Positions 38,464 to 46,734 of a stretch of DNA of 64,000 nt are shown piece after piece. Source of the DNA: a virus. Lineage: Duplodnaviria; Caudoviricetes. The translations under genes and the position numbers were made by a program. The stretch lies in the IMG/VR virus record IMGVR_UViG_3300012983_000044, positions 1 to 64,000 of that record, one strand, 5' to 3'. The notes beneath the pieces were generated by a model. It did no database searches and was not told where the DNA came from. It saw nothing but the letters and a program-made list of their open reading frames with translations. The first letter of the stretch is position 1. The number at the start of each line of letters is the position of its first letter.

Positions 38464-38792
38464 GGGGTAGTAAAGGTTTCGACGGATCACGGAGAGCATT
38501 GAGATCGCGGGTAGGCGGAGCACCTTACGCAGCGCCCAAAAGAAACGATAATTACGATTATTTCCCTGCGGTAGCCTAAACCGCGCCCTAAACAGCGGAC
38601 CTGCTGACTGGTAACCGCTTGCGGGTCGAAGAAAAGCCAGCGCCACGAGTTTCCTGCTTCTCGCTTAAAAAGCAGGTGGTGGAAATCAAATCGGTCCCAG
38701 TGCGCCGGGCACTTAAAAACCGGCTATCGCGTAAGTAATTCTCAGTGTGTTTTGTGGTTCGGACAGGGGTTCGATTCCCCTCTACTCCACCA
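38464..38792 (+). ncRNA. ssrA: tmRNA
   Basis: 5' GGGGTAGTAAAGGTTTCGAC and 3' GACAGGGGTTCGATTCCCCTCTACTCCACCA with G3.U70; internal tag frame ending NDNYDYFPAVA* (TAA 38577-38579). Confidence 0.9.
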
Positions 38793-38882
38793 GCCCACGG
38801 CAACAGGCGCGTGGGGATGCTTGACAGGCTGCGAGAAATTTCCCCCGTTTCCCTCGCGTAAAGCTCAATAGAAACGGGATTG

Positions 38883-39039
38883 GGTCGCGGTGGCGGAATA
38901 TGTAGACGCTAATGCAGCCGTTGAGGTAGAGGTTCCTGTTCGAATCAGGGCGGCGATCTTGAGGGGAAGTCCCGTATCGCTGACGCTGTGTGGGTAAATG
39001 CCTTTACCATGTGTGGTGTAAATCCACACCCGCGATCCA
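38883..39039 (+). ncRNA. Class II tRNA-like RNA with the anticodon loop replaced by a 66-nt structured insert
   Basis: Acceptor, Leu-type D arm, anticodon stem, variable arm and T arm all pair by eye (see findings). Confidence 0.6.
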
Positions 39040-39061
39040 CAACACGAAAGGTGATGGTTGT

Positions 39062-39214
39062 ATGAGTGTATGCAAATGGTTGTCGGATGACTTCAACGAG
39101 GTTTGCGTCAACGGTGATTGCCCGGCCTGCGCTGATTTTTGCCCGACGACCAATTATCCGGGGCTGTGCCGTTACTTTGAGGATGATGGGAAGGATGCGG
39201 ATGACGGTTTATGA
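39062..39214 (+). CDS. Small Cys-rich protein
   Basis: AAAGGTGA RBS; MSVCKWL...CVNGDCPACADFCP...CRYF. Confidence 0.6.
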   Translation: MSVCKWLSDDFNEVCVNGDCPACADFCPTTNYPGLCRYFEDDGKDADDGL

Positions 39215-39428
39215 GAAGTGGGAACGCGCAGATGACGAGGTATTCCACCTGGGCGAAGCGATTGACCAGTTGAGTCAGGTGCGCGACTGTGACGACATGA
39301 TCCAGCGTTTGAAGGATCGAATGACGGTCATTGGCTTTGAGCGTGACCAATATCATGCGATGCTGGAGGAACAGAACCGGCGCGAGGATGCAGAACTGAG
39401 CAGGGAGTACATGTTAGCGACGATATGA
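39195..39428 (+). CDS. Hypothetical coiled-coil protein
   Basis: ORF coupled to neighbours. Confidence 0.55.
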   Translation: MRMTVYEKWERADDEVFHLGEAIDQLSQVRDCDDMIQRLKDRMTVIGFERDQYHAMLEEQNRREDAELSREYMLATI

Positions 39429-39441
39429 GAGAGGTGAGAGG

Positions 39442-40410
39442 TTGAACATTAAGAACATGAAGGTCTTTGCCGACACCCGCAAGATGTCCCATGAGGAATG
39501 GCTGGTGTCGCGCAGGAACGGCATTGGCGGCTCGGATGCAAGCTCCATACTGGGAGTGAATCCGTACAGTTCGCCGTTGAAGGTCTACCTGGACAAGATT
39601 GGCAAGGGCGAGGACAAGGAAACCAACGAGGCCATGCGCCAGGGCACGGACCTGGAGCAGTATGTGGCGGACAGATTCGTGGAGGCCACTGGAAAGAAGG
39701 TTCGCCGGTGCAACAAGATACTCCAGCACCCGGCATATCCGTGGATGCTTGCCAACATTGACCGGGACATCGTGGGGGAAAATGCCGGATTGGAGTGCAA
39801 GACCACTTCCCCGTATTCCAAGTTTGAGTTTGAGGAAGGCGAGATCAACCCGCACTACTACTGGCAGTGTGTTCACTACATGGCTGTGACCTGGGCGGAG
39901 AGATGGTATGTCAGCATCGTGGTCTTGGGCAAGGCCCATCACATCTTCTGCATTGAACGCGACGATGATTCCATTGCGACGCTCATCGAAGCTGAAAAGG
40001 ACTTCTGGCAAAACAATGTCGAGCGAAAGGTGCCGCCGCTTCCCACGGGGAGCGAGACAGACGATGACGCGATCCGCATGCTCTATCCCAAGGGCGAACA
40101 GGGTGATGCTTACATCGCCCTGGACTATGTGGACAATGTGCTGAACCTCCGAGCATTGAAGGTCAAGCAGCGCGACGAGCTACAGGCGGAGATCAACGAG
40201 ATAGATCAGCAGCTCAAAATGACCATGGGGACGTTTGAGCTTGGCATAAGCCCTAACTGGACGGTGCGTTGGACGAACACATGCAGCAACCGCATTGATA
40301 CCAAGGCGCTGAAAGCCAAATATCCGAAGATCGCGGCGGAAGTGACGAAACCCACGCCTGGACGGAGATTCAGCGTGGCGGCAGTGAAAAAGAATGAAAC
40401 CGATATATGA
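39442..40410 (+). CDS. YqaJ-like (lambda Exo family) recombination exonuclease
   Basis: WLVSRRNGIGGSD, LANIDR, LECKT, YYWQCVHYM. Confidence 0.93.
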   Translation: MNIKNMKVFADTRKMSHEEWLVSRRNGIGGSDASSILGVNPYSSPLKVYLDKIGKGEDKETNEAMRQGTDLEQYVADRFVEATGKKVRRCNKILQHPAYPWMLANIDRDIVGENAGLECKTTSPYSKFEFEEGEINPHYYWQCVHYMAVTWAERWYVSIVVLGKAHHIFCIERDDDSIATLIEAEKDFWQNNVERKVPPLPTGSETDDDAIRMLYPKGEQGDAYIALDYVDNVLNLRALKVKQRDELQAEINEIDQQLKMTMGTFELGISPNWTVRWTNTCSNRIDTKALKAKYPKIAAEVTKPTPGRRFSVAAVKKNETDI

Positions 40411-41083
40411 ACCGAAGGGCAAGGCCAAAGAATACGGAGATTTGGCCCTGAACATCTACACGGGTTGCCCACACAGATGTTTTTACTGTTTTGCACCCTC
40501 TGTACTGCGCCGCGACCGGGAGAAATTTCACAGCGATGTAAGGCCGCGTGAAAACATCGTCGAAGAAACCCGCAAGCAGTTGGAGCGCGAGAAGATCACT
40601 GACAGGTTGATTCACTTGTGCTTTACCTGTGATCCCTACCCTACCGGGTACAACACTTTGGTGACTCGGAGAATCATCGAAGTGCTGAAAGAATATGGGA
40701 ATCATGTTCAGATACTTACAAAGGGTGATGGTACGCGGGATTTCGACCTTCTGGATGACGAGGATTGGTACGGGATTACCATTGACGGCAATAAGGTGAT
40801 TTCTGCCGGATGTCCGCCTGTTTTTCAGATAAGGCGAGCAAAAGAACGCGGGATAAAAACGTGGGTGAGCTTTGAACCCGTTCTTGATACTGAGCGTGTG
40901 CTGTTTCTGATAGAAGCCATGGCCCCAACGATGGACAAGGTGAAAATCGGAAAACTGAACTATCATCCGTCCGACATCGACTGGAAGAAGTTCGGCAACG
41001 ATGCGGAAGCGCTTTGCAAAAGGCTTGGATTGGACTACTACATAAAGGATAGTCTGCGAGCAGAGATGGAAAAAGAAAAATGA
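40394..41083 (+). CDS. Radical SAM protein
   Basis: NIYTGCPHRCFYC (CxxxCxxC), DPYP, ILTK, TWVSFEP. Confidence 0.88.
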   Translation: MKPIYEPKGKAKEYGDLALNIYTGCPHRCFYCFAPSVLRRDREKFHSDVRPRENIVEETRKQLEREKITDRLIHLCFTCDPYPTGYNTLVTRRIIEVLKEYGNHVQILTKGDGTRDFDLLDDEDWYGITIDGNKVISAGCPPVFQIRRAKERGIKTWVSFEPVLDTERVLFLIEAMAPTMDKVKIGKLNYHPSDIDWKKFGNDAEALCKRLGLDYYIKDSLRAEMEKEK

Positions 41084-42032
41084 TGATGACTCATTTATCA
41101 CTGTTTAGCGGTATCGGTGGCCTGGATTTGGCAGCAGAGGCAGCAGGGTTTATCACTGTAGGGCAGTGTGAATGGGCTGACTATCAGACAAAAGTGCTTG
41201 AAAGGCACTGGCCTGATGTGCCGCGCTGGCGTGACATTCGGACGCTTACGGGAGATAGTTTCTATGAACGGACAGGATTACGAACAGTTGACGTTATTTC
41301 CGGAGGATTCCCTTGCCAGCCGTTTAGCCAAGCCGGGAAGCGAAAAGGCGAGGATGATGACCGTTACCTCTGGCCTGAAATGCTTAGAGTCATACAGGAG
41401 CTTCGGCCAACTTGGGTGCTTGGTGAAAACGTTGCTGGGATCATCAATCTGGCACTCGACTCGGTGCTTTCTGACTTGGAAAATATCGGCTACTCCACGC
41501 AAGCGTTTAATATTCCGGCTTGTGGCGTCGATGCCCCGCATAAGAGAGAACGAATCGCTATTCTGGCCTACTCCATCGACGGGAGCAGCGCTTTGCGGCG
41601 GAACAGGGAACTTCAAGACATTGAAGAAAATGGCCGAAAAAGGGCTGATAACAGAGAGCGAACGTCGGCAGTTATCGCAAGGGAACGGAGGCAAGACAAA
41701 CCCGGCGCTATTGGAATGGTTGATGGGTTACGAGCAGCAGTTTACAAGGCTGATATTAACCCCTACAGCGACGGATTACAAAGGCGGATCAATGACGCGC
41801 TGCTGGACGACCAGAAAATTGCGGGGGGGGGTGGGTTCGAGTGTTCGAGCCTGCGCCACTTCCTGGAGATCACTCCGCTTGGGAAAATTGGCCAGATGAA
41901 CCCGGAGTGGATAGAGTGGTTGATGGGATACCCAATCGGGTGGACCGAATTAGATGTCTCGGAAACGCGGTAGTGCCACAACAGTTTTATCCGTTTTTCA
42001 AGGTTATATACGATATTGAGAAGGAGGAATAA
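41080..42032 (+). CDS. C5-cytosine DNA methyltransferase, frameshifted at G9 (41823-41831)
   Basis: SLFSGIGG (I), GGFPCQPFS (IV), ENV (VI), RERI (VIII). Motif X (RIRCLGNAVVP) lies in the -1 frame (ORF 41841-42032); G10 restores 317 aa. Confidence 0.88.
41264..41973 (+). CDS. Overprinted partner ORF inside the methyltransferase gene (WPTP...NPxxxEWLMG), also broken at G9
   Basis: Own RBS GGGAG before ATG 41264; two TP...NP..EWLMGY units, the second completed only with G10 (236 aa). Confidence 0.7.
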
Positions 42033-42034
42033 GA

Positions 42035-42280
42035 TTGGACGACAAGGCATTGAAGATCGTTCGGGATTACATCACCGAGCATCTGGACAAGAGCGACCAG
42101 ACGCCGACCTTTGAGGTGTACATGGTCTGGAAGGCCAAAGTGCTTCAGAACTGGAAGTACCTGATCTCCAGCACGCTGTTTGACGGCATGTACTACGAGC
42201 TGACCTACAACGGCGATAAGAAGGAATGGTATCTGGACGCCTACAAGAAGTTTGAGAATCGTGTGATTAAGGAGGATTAA
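42035..42280 (+). CDS. DUF6275-like small protein
   Basis: VYMVWKAKVLQNWK...DGMYYELTYNGDKKEWYLDAYKK. Confidence 0.75.
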   Translation: MDDKALKIVRDYITEHLDKSDQTPTFEVYMVWKAKVLQNWKYLISSTLFDGMYYELTYNGDKKEWYLDAYKKFENRVIKED

Positions 42281-42282
42281 AG

Positions 42283-42640
42283 ATGGAACAGACGACGATC
42301 AAGACCCCGAAAAAGACGGCGGCGCTGGCTCCCAAGACGACCCAGGCAGTGGCGAAGAAGCAGGGTACGGCGCTGGACTACCTGAACAACGGGAAGTTCA
42401 AGGAACAGCTTGCGGCGGCTCTGCCGAAGTTCCTGGACACCGACCACTTCATTCGCTCGGCAATCACTGAGTTCCGGCTGAATCCCGAGCTGGCTGAGTG
42501 CTCTGTCCCCTCTGTGCTGGGCTACTTCATGCAGGCGGCGGCTTGCGGTCTGGAGCCCGCGTCGATGCTGGGACAGTGCTACCCCGTGCCGTTCAACAAC
42601 AAAAAGACGGGGCAGAGGGAAGCACAGTTCATTTGTGGCT
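42283..42640 (+). CDS. recT: RecT-like single-strand annealing protein, exon 1
   Basis: LAECSVPSVLG, GLEP..LGQCYPVPF, AQFICG; spliced junction gives GY-RGMLSIARRSG (294 aa). Confidence 0.9.
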
Positions 42641-43440
42641 GAAACTTTGCGGTCACATTAAACCGTGTGAACCCTATTACTCAGGGGTGTGCCGAAAGGT
42701 GCTAACGGGGGAACCCGCCGACAAAGGGCAATCCCGTGCTTTAAGGAGATAGCGATGATAGCCATTTACAAGATCACCAACACCACAAACGGTCAATTCT
42801 ACATCGGTTCTTCCGGGAATTACAGGAAGCGATTGCAGAAGTGGCGAGACTGGCGTAACAGCGCCAGTAATCCGAAACTGATCCATGATTTTCAGACCAT
42901 CGGATTTGACAAGTTCGTGTTTGAGGTCATTCAGGAGTTGCCGCCCGGAACATCGAGGCGTGAACGGGAACAGATGGAATATGATTTGATCCATCAGTTA
43001 CAGCCGTTCTACAACACGATAGGGAAGGAACGACCGCCTGATACGCGAGAAAAGCTACGCAATGCGAGCCTTGGAAGGAAGCATACTGCCGAGGAATTGC
43101 AAAAACAATCCGCTTCCCTGAAAGCGAGATTTGCAGAACATTCGAGAGACGGTTCATGTACATTCAAACCTGTCTTTGTGGTGGAGACGGGGGAGACGTT
43201 TGAAAACGTAAAGGCGGCGACTGCTGCCCTGGGATGCGGAGATGGATGCGTGAGCAGAGCATTAAAGCGCCCGAATTATACGGTGAGAGGCTATCACGTT
43301 CGATACTTGGAGTGTAGAGACTAACCGCGATGAATGTAGCGGTGTAGGGCCGAGGATGAGTTACGGCCCGAAGTGCATGGCATCCGAAAGGATGAAGATA
43401 TAGTCCACTCCCGCAGGATGGTAAACTGCGGGGATGAGTG
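42641..43440 (+). mobile_element. Group I intron in recT (800 nt)
   Basis: Exon ends U (42640), intron ends G (43440). P1 pairs TGTGGCT with GGTCACA (42651-42657). Core motifs GGCAATCCCGTG, GAGACTA, AAGATATAGTC. Confidence 0.92.
42755..43324 (+). CDS. Intron-encoded GIY-YIG homing endonuclease
   Basis: AIYKITN...FYIGSS, catalytic R, E and N positions, NUMOD3-like basic tail; AAGGAG RBS. Confidence 0.9.
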   Translation: MIAIYKITNTTNGQFYIGSSGNYRKRLQKWRDWRNSASNPKLIHDFQTIGFDKFVFEVIQELPPGTSRREREQMEYDLIHQLQPFYNTIGKERPPDTREKLRNASLGRKHTAEELQKQSASLKARFAEHSRDGSCTFKPVFVVETGETFENVKAATAALGCGDGCVSRALKRPNYTVRGYHVRYLECRD

Positions 43441-43967
43441 ACAGAGGAATGTTGAGTATCGCGCGGCGCAGCGGCGAAATTGCCAGTGTTGACGCGCAGA
43501 TCGTCCACGCGAATGATACGTTCGACATTGAGTATGGCCTGGAGCCGAAGCTGGTCCATAAGCCCTGCCTGACCGGTGATCCCGGTCAGATGATCGGCGC
43601 GTATGTCGTGGTCCGCTTCAAGGGTGATGGCGTGGAACCGCTGATGAAGTACATGCCGAAATCCGAGATCGACAATCACCGCAAGCGCAGCAAGGCCAGT
43701 TCCTACGGCCCGTGGGTCACCGACTATGACGAGATGGCGAAAAAGACCGTGTTCCGCAGCGTGTTCAAGTGGCTGCCTATCTCCATTGAGCAGATTCAGG
43801 CGACGACAACGGACGGCGCGGTTTCCCGCTACAACGCCAATGCCAAGACGGATGACATCGAGGACCTGGTGGAGGTCGAGTTTGTGGCCGCCGAGGATGA
43901 CAGCCGCGTGACGGCGGAGGAGGCAGTTGAGCAGTTCGCAGGCGGAGATGACAAGCAGGAGGGTTGA
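43441..43967 (+). CDS. recT: RecT-like protein, exon 2
   Basis: GPWVTDYDEMAKKTV.R...KWLP motif. Confidence 0.9.
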
Positions 43968-43991
43968 TCCCTCCTGCACAACAAATGGAGG

Positions 43992-44666
43992 ATGGATAAC
44001 ATGTGCGAAAGCAAAAATGACACCGTGAACATTCACGCCTCGTGCGGTTCGTTCTTTGTGGATGTGACCATTCAGGGGGCGGCATGGCCGCATGTGGCAG
44101 ATGAAGATCGCGTGCCCGTTGAAGTTGCTGGCAGGCCCCGCGTTGGTGAGGTCATGCGCTTCGAGTTAACGGATGGTGAACCTGTTGAGGTGATGGTGCT
44201 GGAGGATGACGGCGATGCGGCGACGCTCATTTTCGTTGATTGCCTGAAAGACGAATACCCTCTGAAAGAAGATGGGGATTACAGCGGCGGGTACGAAAGC
44301 TCCGATCTGAGGAAGAAGCTCAACGATGAAATCCTGAAACGCTTCCCGCAGGAAATGCTCAAACGCATGGTGCCTTTCGCCAACGGGGATATGCTCAGAA
44401 TCCCTACTGAGCGTGAAATTTTTGGCGAGAACAAGTATGGCAAAGAAGAACCCGATACCGTGCGGCAGTTTGAAGCCATGAAAAAGCGCAGGAACCGCAT
44501 TGCGTTCCAGGGTTTGAACGGCGATTGGGAATGGTATTGGCTACAGAACAAAGTTCGGAGCGTCAGGTCCGCTACCCACGCCTGCAATGTCTACGCCCAC
44601 GGCTACGCCGGCTACACCAGTGCGTCCACCTCCTATGGTGTCCGCCCGCTTTTCAAATATCGGTAA
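43992..44666 (+). CDS. DGR target 2: DUF6273-like protein in the early region
   Basis: GGYESSDLRKKLN, WYWLQ...GVRP; contains VR2; no signal peptide or TM segment seen. Confidence 0.9.
   Translation: MDNMCESKNDTVNIHASCGSFFVDVTIQGAAWPHVADEDRVPVEVAGRPRVGEVMRFELTDGEPVEVMVLEDDGDAATLIFVDCLKDEYPLKEDGDYSGGYESSDLRKKLNDEILKRFPQEMLKRMVPFANGDMLRIPTEREIFGENKYGKEEPDTVRQFEAMKKRRNRIAFQGLNGDWEWYWLQNKVRSVRSATHACNVYAHGYAGYTSASTSYGVRPLFKYR
44554..44652 (+). repeat. DGR variable region VR2
   Basis: About 99 nt matching the TR with 13 mismatches, all at TR adenines. Confidence 0.95.
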
Positions 44667-44669
44667 TCC

Positions 44670-44686
44670 CGCCGCCTGTGGCGGCG
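44670..44686. promoter_or_regulatory. DGR target-recognition hairpin downstream of VR2
   Basis: CGCCGCC-TGT-GGCGGCG, same core as after VR1. Confidence 0.8.
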
Positions 44687-44705
44687 AAAAGAAAGGATAA
44701 GTGAT

Positions 44706-45077
44706 ATGGCACAGCAGAGACAGATCAAGAAGCTGGATGAGCTGATGGATGGAGCGTTGACCGAACGCTTCAACTATGAGATGGACCGCGTGCTCCAGAA
44801 CGTGTTTGACCTGAACGCGGATCCCAAGAAGAAGCGGCAGATTCAGATCATCATTGAGATCACGCCGAACGAGCGCCGTGACGCTGCGGAGTTCAAGGTT
44901 GATGTAAAGTCGCGGCTTGCACAGCCGATGCCCGTTGCACAGACGGTGATGCTCTATCAGGATGATGACGGCAACGTGACGGCGACGGAGATCACCAATC
45001 AGATTCCGGGCCAGATGAATATGGACGGCGGTGTAACCATTCCCAAGGTCGTCCAGTTTGACACGGCGACGAACTAA
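44706..45077 (+). CDS. Conserved phage hypothetical protein
   Basis: GALTERF...VF..I.D.N...KKKR.I, IPGQM motif; strong RBS. Confidence 0.75.
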   Translation: MAQQRQIKKLDELMDGALTERFNYEMDRVLQNVFDLNADPKKKRQIQIIIEITPNERRDAAEFKVDVKSRLAQPMPVAQTVMLYQDDDGNVTATEITNQIPGQMNMDGGVTIPKVVQFDTATN

Positions 45078-45091
45078 GGAGGAAAAAGAGC

Positions 45092-45883
45092 ATGAAGGCA
45101 AATGAGTACATGCAGATCGCTACGCCGGAGGCGGCGCGGGCTGAGATGGAATACCTGGTCAATACCGGCAGGAGGGCACGGGAGGCGGAGGAAACCCCGC
45201 AGGTGGTGAATATCCTGGGCGAAACCTATACCGCCTATAAGGGCCGCCTGGAGCGCGTGAAGCCATTCCGCGAGGAAAAGCCGGATGTGTTCGAGGCGTT
45301 CTCCCTGTCCGGCCTGGTGGACTTCATCAAGGCAGATGTGGACGGCATGTTCAACGAGAAGGATTACCGTCACACCGTCAGAGTGGTCAATACCCGCAAG
45401 GTCGAAGTGCTCACTCCTATGTACGGCTATTACAAGGAGCGCGATGTTGTGGCGAAGTGCGACGCTCTGGTGCCCGACATTCCGTTCGGCAGATTCATGG
45501 ATGTTGACGAGTTCCAGATCATGCTCCAGAGCCGCTTTGAGGACAGCACCAACCGGGCGCTGGTGCTACAGCTTTCCGGCAGCCTGAGAAGCGAGCAGAG
45601 CAATCAGATTGCCGACGATGGCGTGAGCCAGAAGGTCACGATCAAGCGCGGTGTTGCGACAGCGGATGACGTGACCGTCAAGAATCCCGTTACGCTGCGC
45701 CCCCTGCGCACGTTCTACGAGGTTGAACAGCCTGAAAGCCCGTTCATTCTCCGCTTCAATGAAAACGCCAATGCGGCCCTGTTTGAGGGCGACGGCGGCG
45801 CGTGGAAACTGCGTGCCGTTGAAAACATTCGTAACTGGCTGGTGGCAAAGCTGGCAGGATGCAATGTGGAAGTCATTGCGTAA
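45092..45883 (+). CDS. Conserved phage hypothetical protein (partner of previous gene)
   Basis: DDGVSQKVT, NPVTLRP.RTF.EVEQPES.F, ALFEGDGGAWK. Confidence 0.75.
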   Translation: MKANEYMQIATPEAARAEMEYLVNTGRRAREAEETPQVVNILGETYTAYKGRLERVKPFREEKPDVFEAFSLSGLVDFIKADVDGMFNEKDYRHTVRVVNTRKVEVLTPMYGYYKERDVVAKCDALVPDIPFGRFMDVDEFQIMLQSRFEDSTNRALVLQLSGSLRSEQSNQIADDGVSQKVTIKRGVATADDVTVKNPVTLRPLRTFYEVEQPESPFILRFNENANAALFEGDGGAWKLRAVENIRNWLVAKLAGCNVEVIA

Positions 45884-45886
45884 ACG

Positions 45887-46171
45887 ATGGCAGCGGATGG
45901 CAACTGGAGGAAGCTCCCTCACCCTAAGACCCCGGTTCCTCCCGGCAATCGCTTTGCGGACCGGCTGTGGTGGGTGATGGAGACGCACGGACATTCCGCA
46001 CTGAGGGTCAGCAGGATCGTTGGCGTAAGCTGCAAGACGATATTCACCTATCTGTCCGGATATGAAAACCCGAAGGTGAAAGTGGTCGTTGCTCTGGCAA
46101 AGCATTACGGTGTCACAACCGACTTCCTGCTGGGCCTGTCGGATGATCAGAACGGGGCGCATGTGAACTGA
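45887..46171 (+). CDS. XRE-family HTH regulator
   Basis: RVSRIVGVS..TI..Y..G...P....ALAKHYGVTTDFLLG. Confidence 0.8.
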   Translation: MAADGNWRKLPHPKTPVPPGNRFADRLWWVMETHGHSALRVSRIVGVSCKTIFTYLSGYENPKVKVVVALAKHYGVTTDFLLGLSDDQNGAHVN

Positions 46172-46309
46172 GCCGCTGACGGCGGCGGGCGGGTGGCGGG
46201 TTGATAGATAGATTTGAAACGGATTTAATGCTGCGAGACGGATTGAGATTTCAGGGATGGATTTATAAGGAGGACGATAAAAGACAGACATGCGTGGAGG
46301 ATAGATATT

Positions 46310-46717
46310 GTGAATAAAGTCATTGAGATCGGACGAATCGCAACTGACATCGAAAGCAAGGTAACGCAGAGCGGCATTTCATGGGCGACGTTCAAGATTG
46401 CCGTAAACCGCAGATTCAGGAACGCTGATGGAAAGCGCGACGCGGATTTTATTCCGGTGGTGGCGTGGCGGCAGTCGGCAGACTATGTGAAGCAATACGG
46501 ACATAAGGGTGACCGTGTTGCCGTGTGTGGCTCTGTGCAGGTGCGGAGCTACGATGCCCAGGACGGCAGCAAGAGGTATGTGACAGAGATCAATGCCGAT
46601 GAGATCGAACTGCTTGGAGGGCGAAGCGAGAACACGCAGACCTCTACGCAAGCCCAAAGCATGGAGCAGCAGGGGTTTACGGAAGTGGATGACGATGACG
46701 ATCAGTTGCTGTTCTGA
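46310..46717 (+). CDS. ssb: Single-stranded DNA-binding protein
   Basis: NKVIEIGR, ADFIPVVAWR, KGDRVAVCG, acidic DDDDQLLF tail. Confidence 0.93.
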   Translation: MNKVIEIGRIATDIESKVTQSGISWATFKIAVNRRFRNADGKRDADFIPVVAWRQSADYVKQYGHKGDRVAVCGSVQVRSYDAQDGSKRYVTEINADEIELLGGRSENTQTSTQAQSMEQQGFTEVDDDDDQLLF

Positions 46718-46734
46718 TCCGAAGGAGAAAGCAG

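Noticed and set aside
38883-38958. Ordinary 76-nt tRNA ending at the first T-loop hairpin
   Set aside because: Acceptor pairing is poor and there is no anticodon arm; the better acceptor partner is at 39030-39037.
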